A stretch of DNA of 62,257 nt, counting the filler, from Stramenopiles sp. TOSAG23-3 (taxonomy: Eukaryota), in the NCBI GenBank assembly GCA_900128585.1. It is 6 parts of 6 records of this genome, joined end to end, with 100 filler letters (N's around TTAATTAATTAA, not from the genome) between each part and the next. Parts side by side here need not be neighbours in the genome. Positions count along the whole stretch, not along the records: positions 14,640 to 29,173 come from LT642560.1; positions 29,274 to 43,789 come from LT642561.1; 4 more parts are not named here. One strand, 5' to 3'. Position 1 is the first letter of the stretch, and each line of letters begins with the position of its first letter. Shown one piece after another: positions 19,644 to 32,200 of the stretch. The translations under genes and the position numbers were made by a program. The notes below the pieces were generated by a model that worked only from the letters and a program-made list of their open reading frames with translations, made no database searches and was not told where the DNA came from.

Positions 19644-22600
19644 ATGGCGTTTCGGAGGAAAAGAAGGCACCGTGACCAGGGAAGCAAAAGCGAAGGGGGG
19701 AGCATGAAGAGCGGGAACAACGACTTAAAGGGCTTGCCGTCACCTCCGCCGCCTCCAGGTCCGTTTGCACGCCTTAACGCTGGCGCTGCGGCGCAGAAGA
19801 AAAGTAGCACGTTTGGAATCCCTCCACCGCCTGTACCACCACCGCCGGGACCGCCTTCAAGCGACGGCCAGGACGTATCGTGGGATTCGTTAGAAAGTGA
19901 ATGGGACAGCCATAAAACAGGCGCCCAGGAGAAAGAGACCCCAGCCCAAAGCGCAAAAGAAAAGACATCCGTTGCAGCCACACCCACAGGGAAGGCCCGC
20001 CAGCCAAACATGAGCGGTTCGTTCCGAAAACGAAGAGCTTCCCGGGCGGGGTATGGCAGGGTGGTCGTGGCGACGTTGGACGACGTTGCGAAGGCGTCCA
20101 TGGTCAATAGTCGTCCGAACAATCGGCTGTTTAGTACAACGTTGAATAGCAGCTCTGTCAAAGAAGTTCAAAGCCCCACCGCAGACACAGGGAGTAAAAG
20201 CTTGCAGTCGGCGGGGCGTGCCCAGCGCACAGGCCGAACAGCAGCAGGAACGAGGCAGTCCGCCGCGGATGGCAACAGCAATACTTTCTGGTTGCACCAC
20301 CCCGCGCTTGGGTACATAGCCGCCAAGCAACAAGAAGATGGAAATTTTGAGAGTTTAGAGCGGGGCGGCGAAATCCCTGACAGCCCTGCAGTATTTGCAT
20401 CGTTGCAGCGCGAGGAGTCGTTAAAACAAGAGTACGACAATATGGTGCACATGGATGACGTGAACGAGGCGTCAATTCTGTACAACTTAAAATTTCGCTA
20501 CAAGGAAGATAGGTTCATGACAAATGTCGGAAACATCCTTGTTTCGTTGAACCCGTTCAAAGACTTAGAATACTTATATACCTTGGATGTTGTATTTCAA
20601 TACCACAAGTGGAAGCTAGGAGACTTAGAACTGCCCCCTCATGTTTACCAAATCGCTGATAGGGCGTACAAAGGCCTTCTTAGCGATCGAAAGCCCCAGG
20701 CCATTATTATCAGTGGAGAGAGTGGTGCCGGAAAGACCGTCGCCACAAAGAAATGCTTACAATACTTTGCGGAAGTTGCAGGGTCTGGAACTGGCATGGC
20801 CGAGAAAATTCTCGCAGCCAACCCTATTCTGGAAGCATTTGGAAATGCAAAGACGGTCCGAAACAACAATTCGTCCCGATTTGGGAAGTGGATAGAAATA
20901 TACTTTAACGAGCTTAACTTTCAAATTTCGGGCGCGCAAATTACAAGCTATTTGTTGGAAAAGCCGCGCCTCGTGCGGCAGGGGAACACGGAGAGGAACT
21001 ACCACATATTTTACCAACTGTTTACCGACAGCGAGTGGAGGCACAGCCTAAAGCTCGGGGGGGTGGATGACTACCACCTCTTGAACCAAAGCGGGTGTCT
21101 GCGAGTTCCGGGCATCAACGATGCAGAAGAATTTGAACATGTGATTTATGCCCTCGACCAATGCAGTTTCACTAAAGAGGAGCAGAACGCGATGTTTGAA
21201 GTTGTTGGAGCTATCTTGCACTTGGGAAATATTGAGTTCGAAAACGATGTGGGCGGCACCGGGTTTGCACTGGTGTCGGGGACCGACCAGTCCATGGTGT
21301 CCCTCATTCGGGCGGCGAATTTGCTGCAAGTAGACGAAAAAGCCTTGAGCAAGAACCTGCTTGTCAAGGAACTGGAGATTCGAGGGGATACCACTGCCAA
21401 GGCACTGGATGCCACCGCGGCATCTGCACTGCGGGATTCGTTGATAAAAGGGTTGTATGGCCTTATGTTTTCGTGGCTGGTAGATAAAATTAACTTTTCC
21501 ATCAAGACGGCAGACGGCGCGGAAGTAATATCCGCAGGGGTCCTTGATATTTTCGGGTTCGAAATTTTTGAGTTCAACAGTTTTGAGCAGCTCTGCATAA
21601 ACTTTGCAAACGAAAAGTTGCAGCAGCATTTCAACCGATCGACCTTTAAAGACGAACAGCAACTGTACAAAGACGAAGGCCTCGACTTGCCTGTCATTGC
21701 GTTTGAGGACAATCAAGATTTGATCGAAACTGTCGAAGGGAGGGACAAGAAGCAGCCCGGCTTGCTGGTAATGCTAGATGAGGAATTAAACCTGGTAGGA
21801 GCCGGCAGCGACCAGAATTTTTTGAAGAAGACAGCCAAATTGCACGTTGCCAACCCACGCATTCGGTTGAAAGGGAGGGGCCGAAAAGACTCGGGACTGA
21901 AAGACACCGAGTTTTTCATTAAACATTACGCAGGCGAAGTGAAGTACGATGTGATTGGATTTTTGGACAAAAACAAAGATGAGTTGGTTTCGAACCTTCA
22001 AAAGGTAATGAAAACGTCGAAGAGCAACTTTGTGAGAGATGTATTGTTCAAACCATCAAAGGAGCCAGCTTCCACTGGAGGCCGACGAAGCAGCAAGTCG
22101 AAAAAGATATCCCAAGGACGACAATTTCGGAAGCAGCTTAACTCCTTGATGTCAACTTTGGATTGTGCAGCCCCCCACTATATTCGTTGCATAAAACCGA
22201 ACCAGACGAAGCGCGCGAATACGTTCGAAGCAATCACAACGTTAGAACAATTGCGCTACTCCGGATTGTTTGAAGCCGTTCACATACGGAAGCAAGGGTA
22301 TCCGTTTCGTCTTCCCCACCCCTATTTTTTCCAGCGATATTTTTTTCTTCTACCGCGCCAGCAAGGCATAGCCCAGCCTACTAGCAAGGAAAACTGCGAG
22401 CACCTGATTGCATATTTGTCCGAAGAATACGTCAGCATCGAGAAATGCCGCATCGGAAAATCGATGGTTTTTTATCGGCCCGAACAGCACGTCTTGCTTG
22501 AGCTTTTGCGCGAGAAATTTGTTGAAAAAGCGAGGCGCGTTTTGCAGCGATGCGGAAGAGGTCTTCTCTCACGGGTGTATTGCAAAAAGGCAAGGGAAGC

Positions 22601-25600
22601 TTTGCACTCACTGAAAAGGGGCATTGCCCAGGATGACCACAAAAAATTAAAATCCGTTATGACCAGAGTTAGGTCGCAAGAGTTCGGGTGGTTAAATTTG
22701 TTCAAAGAAGCAGAGGTTCGATTGAGGTATTTGAGAAATGTTGCAAAGGTGAAAGCGGCGATGAAAAACTTGGCAAATTTGGACCCAGTGTACAATTTCG
22801 ACGAAATGAAAGACGTTCTGGACACGGCCGATGAGTTAAAGTTGAACACGCCCGAATTGAGAAAAGCCAGGGAACGATTAGAAGATGTCCGTGTCTTGAT
22901 TGAAACGAAAAGAAGTCTGCAGCTTGGAATTCGAGATATGGACAAGGACGTGCTCAGTGCAGCTCTAGTCTCCGTGGCGGAAATACAAGCAAGCAAACCT
23001 GATTTCTGTGTTGAAGAAGCAGCGGAGGCAAAGAAGATTATAAAGGAGATACAGGAAGAAGAGAAGCTTCACAAAAAGTTGTACGAGTCACTTCAAACCG
23101 GAGGTCTCAGTCTCTCTGACGAAAGAATAAACATTGCGACGATTCGAACAGAAAATTTGCAATCTGCCGTATCTGAAATTAAACGGAAAGCCATTCGATC
23201 CTCCAAGGGGGTTATCCTATTGAAAACTTCAGAGTTAATTTTGAAGCTGAGGAAGTTAATAGTTATGAGCGCCTGGGATGACGTTGAATCCAGCCTGCAA
23301 GACGTAGACATTGAAGATGGTTCAAGCGTTGCCGAAGCTGCGCTCTTGGAGCTTTCCATAATTTCCGACGAGTTAAAAAATAGAAAGGCGAACGAAATAT
23401 TGGAGCGTCTTTTGAATTCTTCGCAGATATGTGGCAGCATTGGAAAGCTTGTCACAGAAAATTGTGACGTTAAGGAAATGGAACAATATTTTTCTGTTGT
23501 CGAAGATCTTGGCAACTTGAAGTCAGACACAAAAGCGACACGCGAAATTGCCAAGATATTTTACAGTATCCGTTGCGCTGTGATTTCGCACGAATGGGCC
23601 CAGTTGGAAAATTTACAGCTGTCTACCAATCAGCAAGAATCGCTGTCTTCCGCATCTAAGGATGAGTACACATTAGTGCAAAGCGAGTATACCAACAGAA
23701 AAATCATTGCTGCGCTGTCCCCTGCGCTGAACGACGGGAGAGTAGCAGGAGACGTTGGCAACATAGATGTATCTAAGGTAACGACCACAGCTATCACATC
23801 GGCGCTGGCATTAATCAATCCAAGCATCCTTTTGACGGATACGACCCAAAAGCTGGTATACACTGGAAAAGCATTAAAGTCCATAAGGGAAGCAGCAAAA
23901 AAACAAAACTGGGATGCTGTAGAATTAATGATCAATGCCTACTCCGAAGACAAAGGAATGTACTCGGCAATTGCTGAAAATGAACTGGAATTGATATGCG
24001 ACGAAACAGTAGACCGGAAAGTAAAGAAAATACTCAAAAGAGGGTTGTCTACCGGTAAAATCAGTGGAACTGTTGGGAATGTCAAATACGAGGAAATAGA
24101 CGACAGAACGCTGAAATCTGCAATTACATCTGCGCTCGATCTTGGGTGTAAATCCAAAGGCAGCCTTCATCTTTTGTCGAACTGCCAAAAAATTTGCACG
24201 CTTCGCCGCCACTTTATCAAGCAGACTTGGAAAGATGCCATAGAATTTTCCCGCACAATACAAGGTGATGGTCATGATCACCTCGATCTTTCCGCGGAAA
24301 TAAAACTGGCGAAAGACGAGTGCCAAGATCGCTATATTTTAAAAATATTGAAAATCGCGCTGTCTTCGGGTCAACTTTCTGGGGACATAGGAAATGGAAT
24401 GTACGATCTTGTCGATGTGAAAGTGATCGAAGATGCCGTACGAGAAGCGAATGAAGTAGGGACGAACAGCCAAGCTTCGTCAAAAAGGAAAAATTGTGCC
24501 GAGTTCATTTTGATGCTTCGTCGTGCACTGAAGGACAAAAATTGGGGAAAGTTGGAGATTGCCTTAAAAAACATGACAAATTACAGCGTAGAGTCGGTAT
24601 GCACAGCTGAAATTGAGCGCGCGAAAGATGAACACGCAAATTGGAAAATTATTTCGTTGTGTTCAAAAGCTGTAGAACTGGGCAGAGTTTCAGGGTCCAT
24701 AGAAGCTCCAAATTTAGAGGCGTGCTCTGTCCAAGAGATGGACACGGCTGTTGCCAATGTGGAAATGCTCGGCCATAAAACGCAAGAAGCATCTTCGTGG
24801 CTGTACACTTGCAAGGCGTTGTCCAATCTCCGGTCGCTGTTGGTAGTAAACGATTTCACCGCGCTGGAGCATGAGATTAATTCAGTAGATAAATCCATGC
24901 TGCCCAAACCTGTTCTGCAGGAGATAGAGCTTATTATCGGTATTTCACACAATGAATTGATTCTTAAGAAATTAAAACATTCGTTATCGCTTGGTGCGAT
25001 CAGCGGTGATGTTGGCACGATTCGGGAAGAAGGCATACAATACGTCGACCTTGAAGCGGCTATCGGTTGGGTTGAAGAGCTTGGGACAAGAACTCGGGTT
25101 GCATCTGCCGCCTTGAGCTTGGCAAAAGATGCACTAATTTCCCGAAAAGCTCTGAAGACGTGTCAGTTAGAAGAATTAAAGGTATTGACTGCTCGCCATG
25201 AAAGCATCTTAGACGACAGTTTTAAAATGTCAATATCTGAAATTGACCTTGCCCGGCGAGAATGCCTGGATCGGACCACACAAGCAAAATTGAAGGCCGC
25301 CTTCTCCTCCGGTCAAATTTCAGAAAGCAATGGCTTGCCCATCGTAGATGGGATCATTGTACACGACCTTTTTGAAATAGTGAAATTTGCTAGACAGAAG
25401 AATCTTGAAAACCCAAAAACCATTCAAATGGTGAGTGCGGGTGAAGTGGTGCAAGACATTCGACGTAGCGTGAAAAACTCTGACTTCGAGTCGTTGAAAC
25501 TTGGCTTGCAAAAGTTCGAAGAAGAAGTTTTTCTTATTCCTGCGATAGAAAAGGAGCTGCTAGTTGCAAAAGACATTTATAATAATTTTGTGATTATTAC

Positions 25601-28600
25601 AACCTTGAAAGATGCAGTGAGCACCGGAATGGCTGCTGGCGAAATTGGAAACATCAATTTGGGGCTTATTGAACTTGGCAAACTTGACGACGCACTTGCG
25701 TTAGTAGAAAAACTGACGTGCAAAACGCAAGATGCAAAGCAACTGCTCCAGTCGGCGAACGTAGTCCGTAGAATACGATTTGCCTTGAAGTTCATGGACT
25801 GGGACTCGCTTGAAAAAATCATGAACGAGGTGAAGCATCTAACAGTGGTGAAGGAGGTGAAACCCGAAATTCAACTTGCTCAGAATGAAATAAATAATAG
25901 ACTTGTTATAAATCGGTTAAAATCCGTTATGATCGACGGCAGAGTCATCGGGGATGTAGGGTACTTGAACCAATCCAACATTGCATTGGACGATATAACT
26001 GTCGCTTTGGAGATGGCCGAGCGGCTGGGCTGCAAGACAATGGAGGCCCGACTACTTCGCGATACCGCATCGACTGCTTACCGATTTCGAGAGGCTTTAG
26101 TGAATGAAAAGTGGGACCATTTGGAGCAGCAGTTGTCCCGCCTGGATAGGGATGGCGTATCTGATATTGTTGTAGGAGAAATTGATTTGCTAGCGAAAGA
26201 ATGCGACAACAGAAACGCCATTTTAGAAATGGCGGGCGCACTTGCCGTTGGCGCCATTTCAGGCGAACCGGGAGAAATTGATATGGACCGGATTGATGTA
26301 GATGTAGTAAAACAATCAATTGGTCGTGCAAGGGAGTACGGTTGTCACACAGAAGAAGCTACAAATATGCTGCGGACCGTGGAATTCATTATGACGTTGC
26401 GAACTTACGTGCAGAATCGTGAGTGGAATTCAGTGTATGATCATATCCACGAGAACGTTTATGAAGGTTCGCTGGAGCCAGTCCCAATGGCCGTTGAGGA
26501 GATTGAACTCGCATATCGACAGTCCATTGATGTATCAGTGGGAGAGCATTTGACCAATGCAATGGTTAGAGGAAGACTGGTATTTTCAAACGGGGATTTT
26601 AACCTTGCTAAAGTTGCTATAAAAACTCTGAATTCAGCGATAGAATATGGGGAAGGATCAGGTTTCTTAAGTAAAAATACAAATAGTTTGTTGGCTTCGG
26701 GGAGAATTTTGCTATCTCTACGGACCGCAATTATTGATGAAAACACGACATTGTTGAACCGCATTTTGGAACAGGAAGGAAAGGATAAAATGCACAAATG
26801 TGCACACGGAGAAATCCAGTCGATACGAGATTACTCAACAAATGCTCAATTCACTAAATCCATCAAACAGGCCCTACGCGATACTAGGGTCGAGGGCACT
26901 CCCGGAGACCTTGTGTTTCCTCCTAGTTTTGAAGCGCTTCAGGCCGTAGTGGATGAAATCACTGCTCACTCTGGCATACTGACGATAGGAAACCAAGTTT
27001 GGTTCGAATGGGGAAAATTTATGTGCGCAATACGGTCGTTGGGGTCAATGGCTCAATGGAAAAAGGTGGAAGACATAATTGACAACAACCGCCCAGAGAA
27101 GGTAAGGCAAGAGTTTATGGAGGAAGTGTCCCTTATTCGACAAGAAGCTAAAAACCGAGCAGTTGTTGTTATGCTAAGCGATGCCTTGACGCAAGATATG
27201 GCCGTGGGCACCATCGATTCCATTGACGTTTCTACTGTGTCCACTACACATTTAGTTACAAGCATAGAAGAAGCAAGTGCCCACGAAAATCTTACTTCTG
27301 CTGCAAAATTATTGCTTGCTTCCGCGGAATACATTTTGAGCCTGCGATGTGCCCTGTTGGAAGGACCAGATTGGGACAAGATACGTGGCGTCATGGTGAA
27401 ATTGAATGCTGGCAGTATTGCTAACATCGTCGATGATGAAATAAACTTTGTTGCAAAAGCAGCTGAAAACCAACTGGTAGTCCGGATTTTGACGGATGCA
27501 ATTAACAATGGGGCCATCGACGGGCCTGCAAGCTCGGATACATTTGAAGGCGTCGACTTTCATGTTATTGACGAAGCACTATCACTCGCTGATAAGTTTT
27601 CTTGTGATACTACTACGAGCAAAGACTTGATTCTCGTTGCCACTCTAATTCGGCGTTTGCGGGCGGCTGTTGCAGAAGGGTTTTGGGATTCTGCTGAAAA
27701 AACGGTTGGGGAAGCAAAAGATATCCAAGAATTGTTCCCCTTAAACGTATGGGCAGAAGTCGAGCTTGCAAGTAATATTGCAAAGCACCGAAAGACCATG
27801 GCGTGCCTCGCTGAAGGCGTAAGTAAAGGCGCAGCCAAAGGGAACGTCGGAAAAATCAATTACAGTGAAGTGCATACGGAAGCAATAGAAAAGGCTCTCT
27901 CAAGAGTGTATGAAATTCGCAGCGTAACGGAGGAATCAAAACAAATGATAGCAGCCATTGAAACCTTGAGAATGCTAAGGATCCACATGAAAGCCAGAGA
28001 GTGGCCTCGTTTGCAACATACTCTGCAAGGGGCTTACGAAGCAGGCCAGTACAGGTTGATCCCGGAGGAGTTGCAAGTCATTCGGGACGAGTGTGAAAAT
28101 GCATTAATGTGCGCGCAGCTGCTTGAAGCGATGGCCGACGGGGTACCAATCGGTACGATAGGAAATGTCGATTTTGAGCAAATTGACTTGGAAGAGGTAT
28201 TAAGTGCAGTATCGAACGCTGAAAAAATTGTGCCAAAGACAGAGGAAGCTAAGCTTCTTCTTCAAACGGCAAGAATTGTACAGAATACCAGAGAGTTGAT
28301 GTGCAACGGGGAGTTTCAGGACATTCATGATATTTTACAAGGGGTTGGGGCCGAAGACGTGGACTCGGTAGCTGTGGACGAGATAGACCGTTATCGTCAA
28401 GAGGCGGATAATTTTCTAATCATTAGAGACTTGCACGATGCAATGCTAAGTGGTAAAGCAGTGCGAACACAAGACAAACTTGATGTTTCGACTGTCCGAA
28501 CAAAGCAGTTGGAGAATGTGTTAGACAGGGCAAGAAAAACAACCCTTCATTCCGAAGAAGCGAAAACCTACTTCAGGACGGCAGAAGTCCTTTTTGATAT

Positions 28601-29173
28601 GCGGGTAGCGCTCAAAAACGAGGACTGGCACACCATTGAAAAGTCTTTGAATGTGTGTCGCACTTCGCACTTAAGCGATGCTGCTCAGTCTGAAATTAAT
28701 GCTGTGCAAGATATGAAAGATGACCGGACGGTTGTTTTGGAACTCACGGAAGCAATATCGGCAGGGTATGCTACAGGAAATATCGGCGATCGGGACACCA
28801 GTACGATTGATTTAGTTACTCTTGATACTGCAATTGCCCATGCACTCAAGTTGGGCTGCAGAACACGGGAGGCGAAGCGAATCTTGCAGAATGCTCGTCT
28901 TGTTCGGCAAATCAGGCTTGCCTGGCGAGTGTATGAGCACGACGGAGTCTCTGACTTACGGTCTGTGCTGGAACAGATTGAAGAATTAGAGGGGTTTGCC
29001 CCTCTCCCAGTTGCCGAGAAAGAGTTTCAAGCGACTGTCGATGAAGTTAACAATTACGACATATGTAGAAAATTAGAGCATGCGATTGAAAACGGAAAGG
29101 TTAGAGGAGAAGTAGGACAAATTAATACTTCAGACATATCTACCGATGCTCTGGTACTTGCGATAGCAGAAGG
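19644..29173 (+). CDS. Giant unconventional myosin (over 3176 aa, 3' end missing): Pro-rich N-extension, motor, one degenerate IQ, repeat tail
   Basis: P-loop GESGAGKT, NPILEAFGNAKTVRNNNSSRFGK, LDIFGFE, NSFEQLCIN..NEKLQQHF, HYAG.V.Y, PHYIRCIKPN. IQ-like VLQRCGRGLLSR. Intronless ORF running to the contig edge. Confidence 0.97.
23076..29173 (+). repeat. Protein-level tandem repeat, about 105 aa x 19 complete units plus one partial
   Basis: Recurring pattern L..A...G.I.G..G.I....I....L..AI..A..LG.KT..A..LL.......LR......W..........EI.....E..NR. Confidence 0.9.
29095..29173 (+). repeat. 79-bp contig-terminal sequence, inverted partner of 14640-14718
   Basis: Exact reverse-complement match checked base by base. 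Confidence 0.95.
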
Positions 29174-29273
29174 NNNNNNNNNNNNNNNNNNNNNNNNNNN
29201 NNNNNNNNNNNNNNNNNTTAATTAATTAANNNNNNNNNNNNNNNNNNNNNNNNNNNNNNNNNNNNNNNNNNNN
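29174..29273. other. Artificial contig linker
   Basis: N44-TTAATTAATTAA-N44. Confidence 0.98.
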
Positions 29274-32200
29274 ATTGTCATGGAGGGAACGAATTTCGGT
29301 TGTGTAGATTTGACGACTTCCCAACCGGATACCGGATTCAACCTGATGACCATGAAGCCAAAGGCACTCCAAGTAGGGGGAAGCACGGCCAGGTCGTTTA
29401 AGCCTGTTACATCTGCGAAGGTTTCCGAGGGGCTGAAACGACAGACACTTACGGCTTGGATGAAGACCGCAGAAGCAACAGATAGGGACAAATGGATCAA
29501 ATGCGCGAAAACAATCTACGAAAGTGATGGCAAGTTGGTGTGTGAGACACCCGCCGGGAGTGGTACAAAGATTGAAATGAAAGTGACGCTGGGAGGAGAA
29601 GAGAGCGCACCCAAGAAGCTCTTTGACTACGACAAACCGATCGTAACACGAATCGAACAGTATGGCGCGTACACCATGGGAAGACCAGAAGGAAAGAACT
29701 GGGTTGCTATCCACGGGTTTAACTTTGGGCCGACGCGGCCGACGTGGGGAATGGTAAAGCCGTACTTGAAGGATTTGCGACAGTCAACGTACGAAACTCA
29801 TTCAGCGATCAAGATTGGAGATGTATACTGCATCAAATCACGATGGGTCAGCGACACAGAAGTTAGATGTTTGGCCCCGCCAGGCATTCCCAACACAAAC
29901 CACACAGTCACGGTGGGGCCGGTCAATGGTCAATATTCTGATGCTGCACAAGACAGAGTTTTTTACGCTTATGGCCGTCCATTTGTGAGACAATCAGTTC
30001 CTTCAATCGGCTCTGGAAAAGGCAACGAAACGATTCGAATCATTGGGAAGAACTTTGGTGACTGCGTAACGTACCAGAACTACGATGTAAAAAACGTTAT
30101 TGTAGATAAAACGCTCCACAAGTACTGCCCCGACGTCACGGCGTACGTCGATTGCCAGAAGTGCTTGTCGACGGTACGCGTGTCGAACACGATGGTAGAA
30201 TGTGTGACACCGGGAGGTGTGGGGGCAGGCAAATTTTTGGATGTCCAAGTAGGCGCGGACAAGGTCGGCGTTAGGCGCGATTCAAACAATGCCTTTAGTT
30301 ACAACCAAGCGGTAATAACCAAAGTAGTGCCAAACCATGGGCCCGCTGAAGGAGGAAATACTGTTGTTATGCATGGGTACAATTTTGGTATTTCACAGGA
30401 GGACTTTAAGAAAGGATGCTACCCTGGTCGTGCCCCTTCCGTCATGGTTGGCCATATCGATTGTGCATCAGTGAACATAGAGTCGGACAAGAAATTAACT
30501 TGCGTCATGAGTGGCAATCCTGGTGTTGGTAAGAGGTTGCCCCTTACCCCCCGGATTGGAGGTCTCTCTAGATCGTCTCCGGTCACCGAAGATGCAAGCT
30601 ACAGCTTTGATCTTCCGGTAGTCAAATCCGTCCACACGTCGAACTCTAAAACGCAAGTCGTCAGCCCAAGTGGGTACGACTGGGTGTTTGCTTGCAACAA
30701 CAAAGACGGCAATTGCCAGACCCCCGATCAGCAATGGGTGAAGCACAATTCTTATTTGGTTGTCGAAGGTAACAACTTCGGCTCACGCGAGTACTATTAC
30801 TCGGGACACCATTACCGAGGTAGAATTACATGTGGCTTCGGCAATGTTCAAGGTAATGCCCAATTTGTCAGCAATACGAAAATGAATTGTCATTTTCCTC
30901 AAAACGACCAGAATCGATTGGTTGCAGAAGTGGGCTTGGCTTCAGCCAGAGTATGGGTGAAAGTTGCCCAGCAAAAGAGTTTTGTGCCGGACGAGCCGAA
31001 GCCCGACACGTATGATCTTACATTTTTGAAATACCCAATGAGGGATTTACAAGGAACACCAATGCAAACAATTACGGGCGGGGTCGACAAATGCATTGAG
31101 ACGTGCAAACAAGCAGCAGGGTGTGGAGCATTTACAATTGACAAGGGTGACCCCGGAAAGTGCAACCTTTACAGTAAAACTGCCACCGTTACATGTGGCA
31201 CATCCGCACAGGACGAGAGTGCTGTAACAACATACATATCCGAGGGTATCGGTGGCAAATCGACTGGAGAGTGTATTGCCCCGAACAATATTGCCTTGGG
31301 AATGCACGTCGAATCGGTATTGCCGACACAGGCCATGGAAAACAGCGATGCAATGCTCACCATCAAAGGGAAAAACTTTGGTGCGAAGGGCAGTGTGAGA
31401 GCCAAGTCGTTGAAAGCATACTATGCTGGCGAAGAATGTTTGAGCACTGAATACGTTTCCAATGAAGAGATCAAATGCAAACCGATCCAAAAGCCGCGAT
31501 CCGTCGGCGAAATTGCGATGCAAGATTCATTCGAGAACAAAGCGGGTTACAATTCCAACCAATGGCTTGTTGTGAGCGGTGGAAAAGTGGGCAGTTTGAC
31601 TGGAAAAAGTTGCGGCGCAGCGTTTGGTAATGCCATGCAATTTGCAAGTGGTGGATCTATTACAACGAAACCGCTCAATTTGTTAAAGGGCGCCAAGCTA
31701 GAATTCAAGATGTCCATGTGTGGTGATTGGCCTCGGTCCGATTTGTCTGGTGATAATTGGCACAAAAAGGGATCCCAATCGTGGAAGAACAAGGACGCGC
31801 CAAAAGGCGTTTCTCTATCCGCATCAGTTAATGGAGGCAAGACATGGTTTGAAGTTGCCGACTACAACACATACCACTCAACACGTGGGTGGCACACAAT
31901 CCAGTTCAAGTTGTTCAATTCCGAGAAGCATGGCGACCATCCTGCTGCTGCCGGTAATGTGATGTTGAAATGGGAAGGCAAGCATGGCTTTGCCATCGAC
32001 GAGGTTAAGATTACATCCGATGCGGTCGCGTATCCTGTACGGGTTTCCGGCGAGGTGATGGATGGCCGGACCAAGCTGAAGACGATGACGACGAAATCGC
32101 AGTATCTCGGCTTGGAACTGGCAACAGTGTGGAGCGTGCCCCCAAATTATCGCGCAACCCACACAGCATGCACGACAGGACCAATGTGCAAATCACCAGC

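Noticed and set aside
14640-29173. A 14.5-kb TIR-bounded element (Polinton/virophage/large transposon)
   Set aside because: The inverted repeat is internal myosin coding sequence at contig ends; no integrase, pPolB, capsid or transposase gene lies inside.
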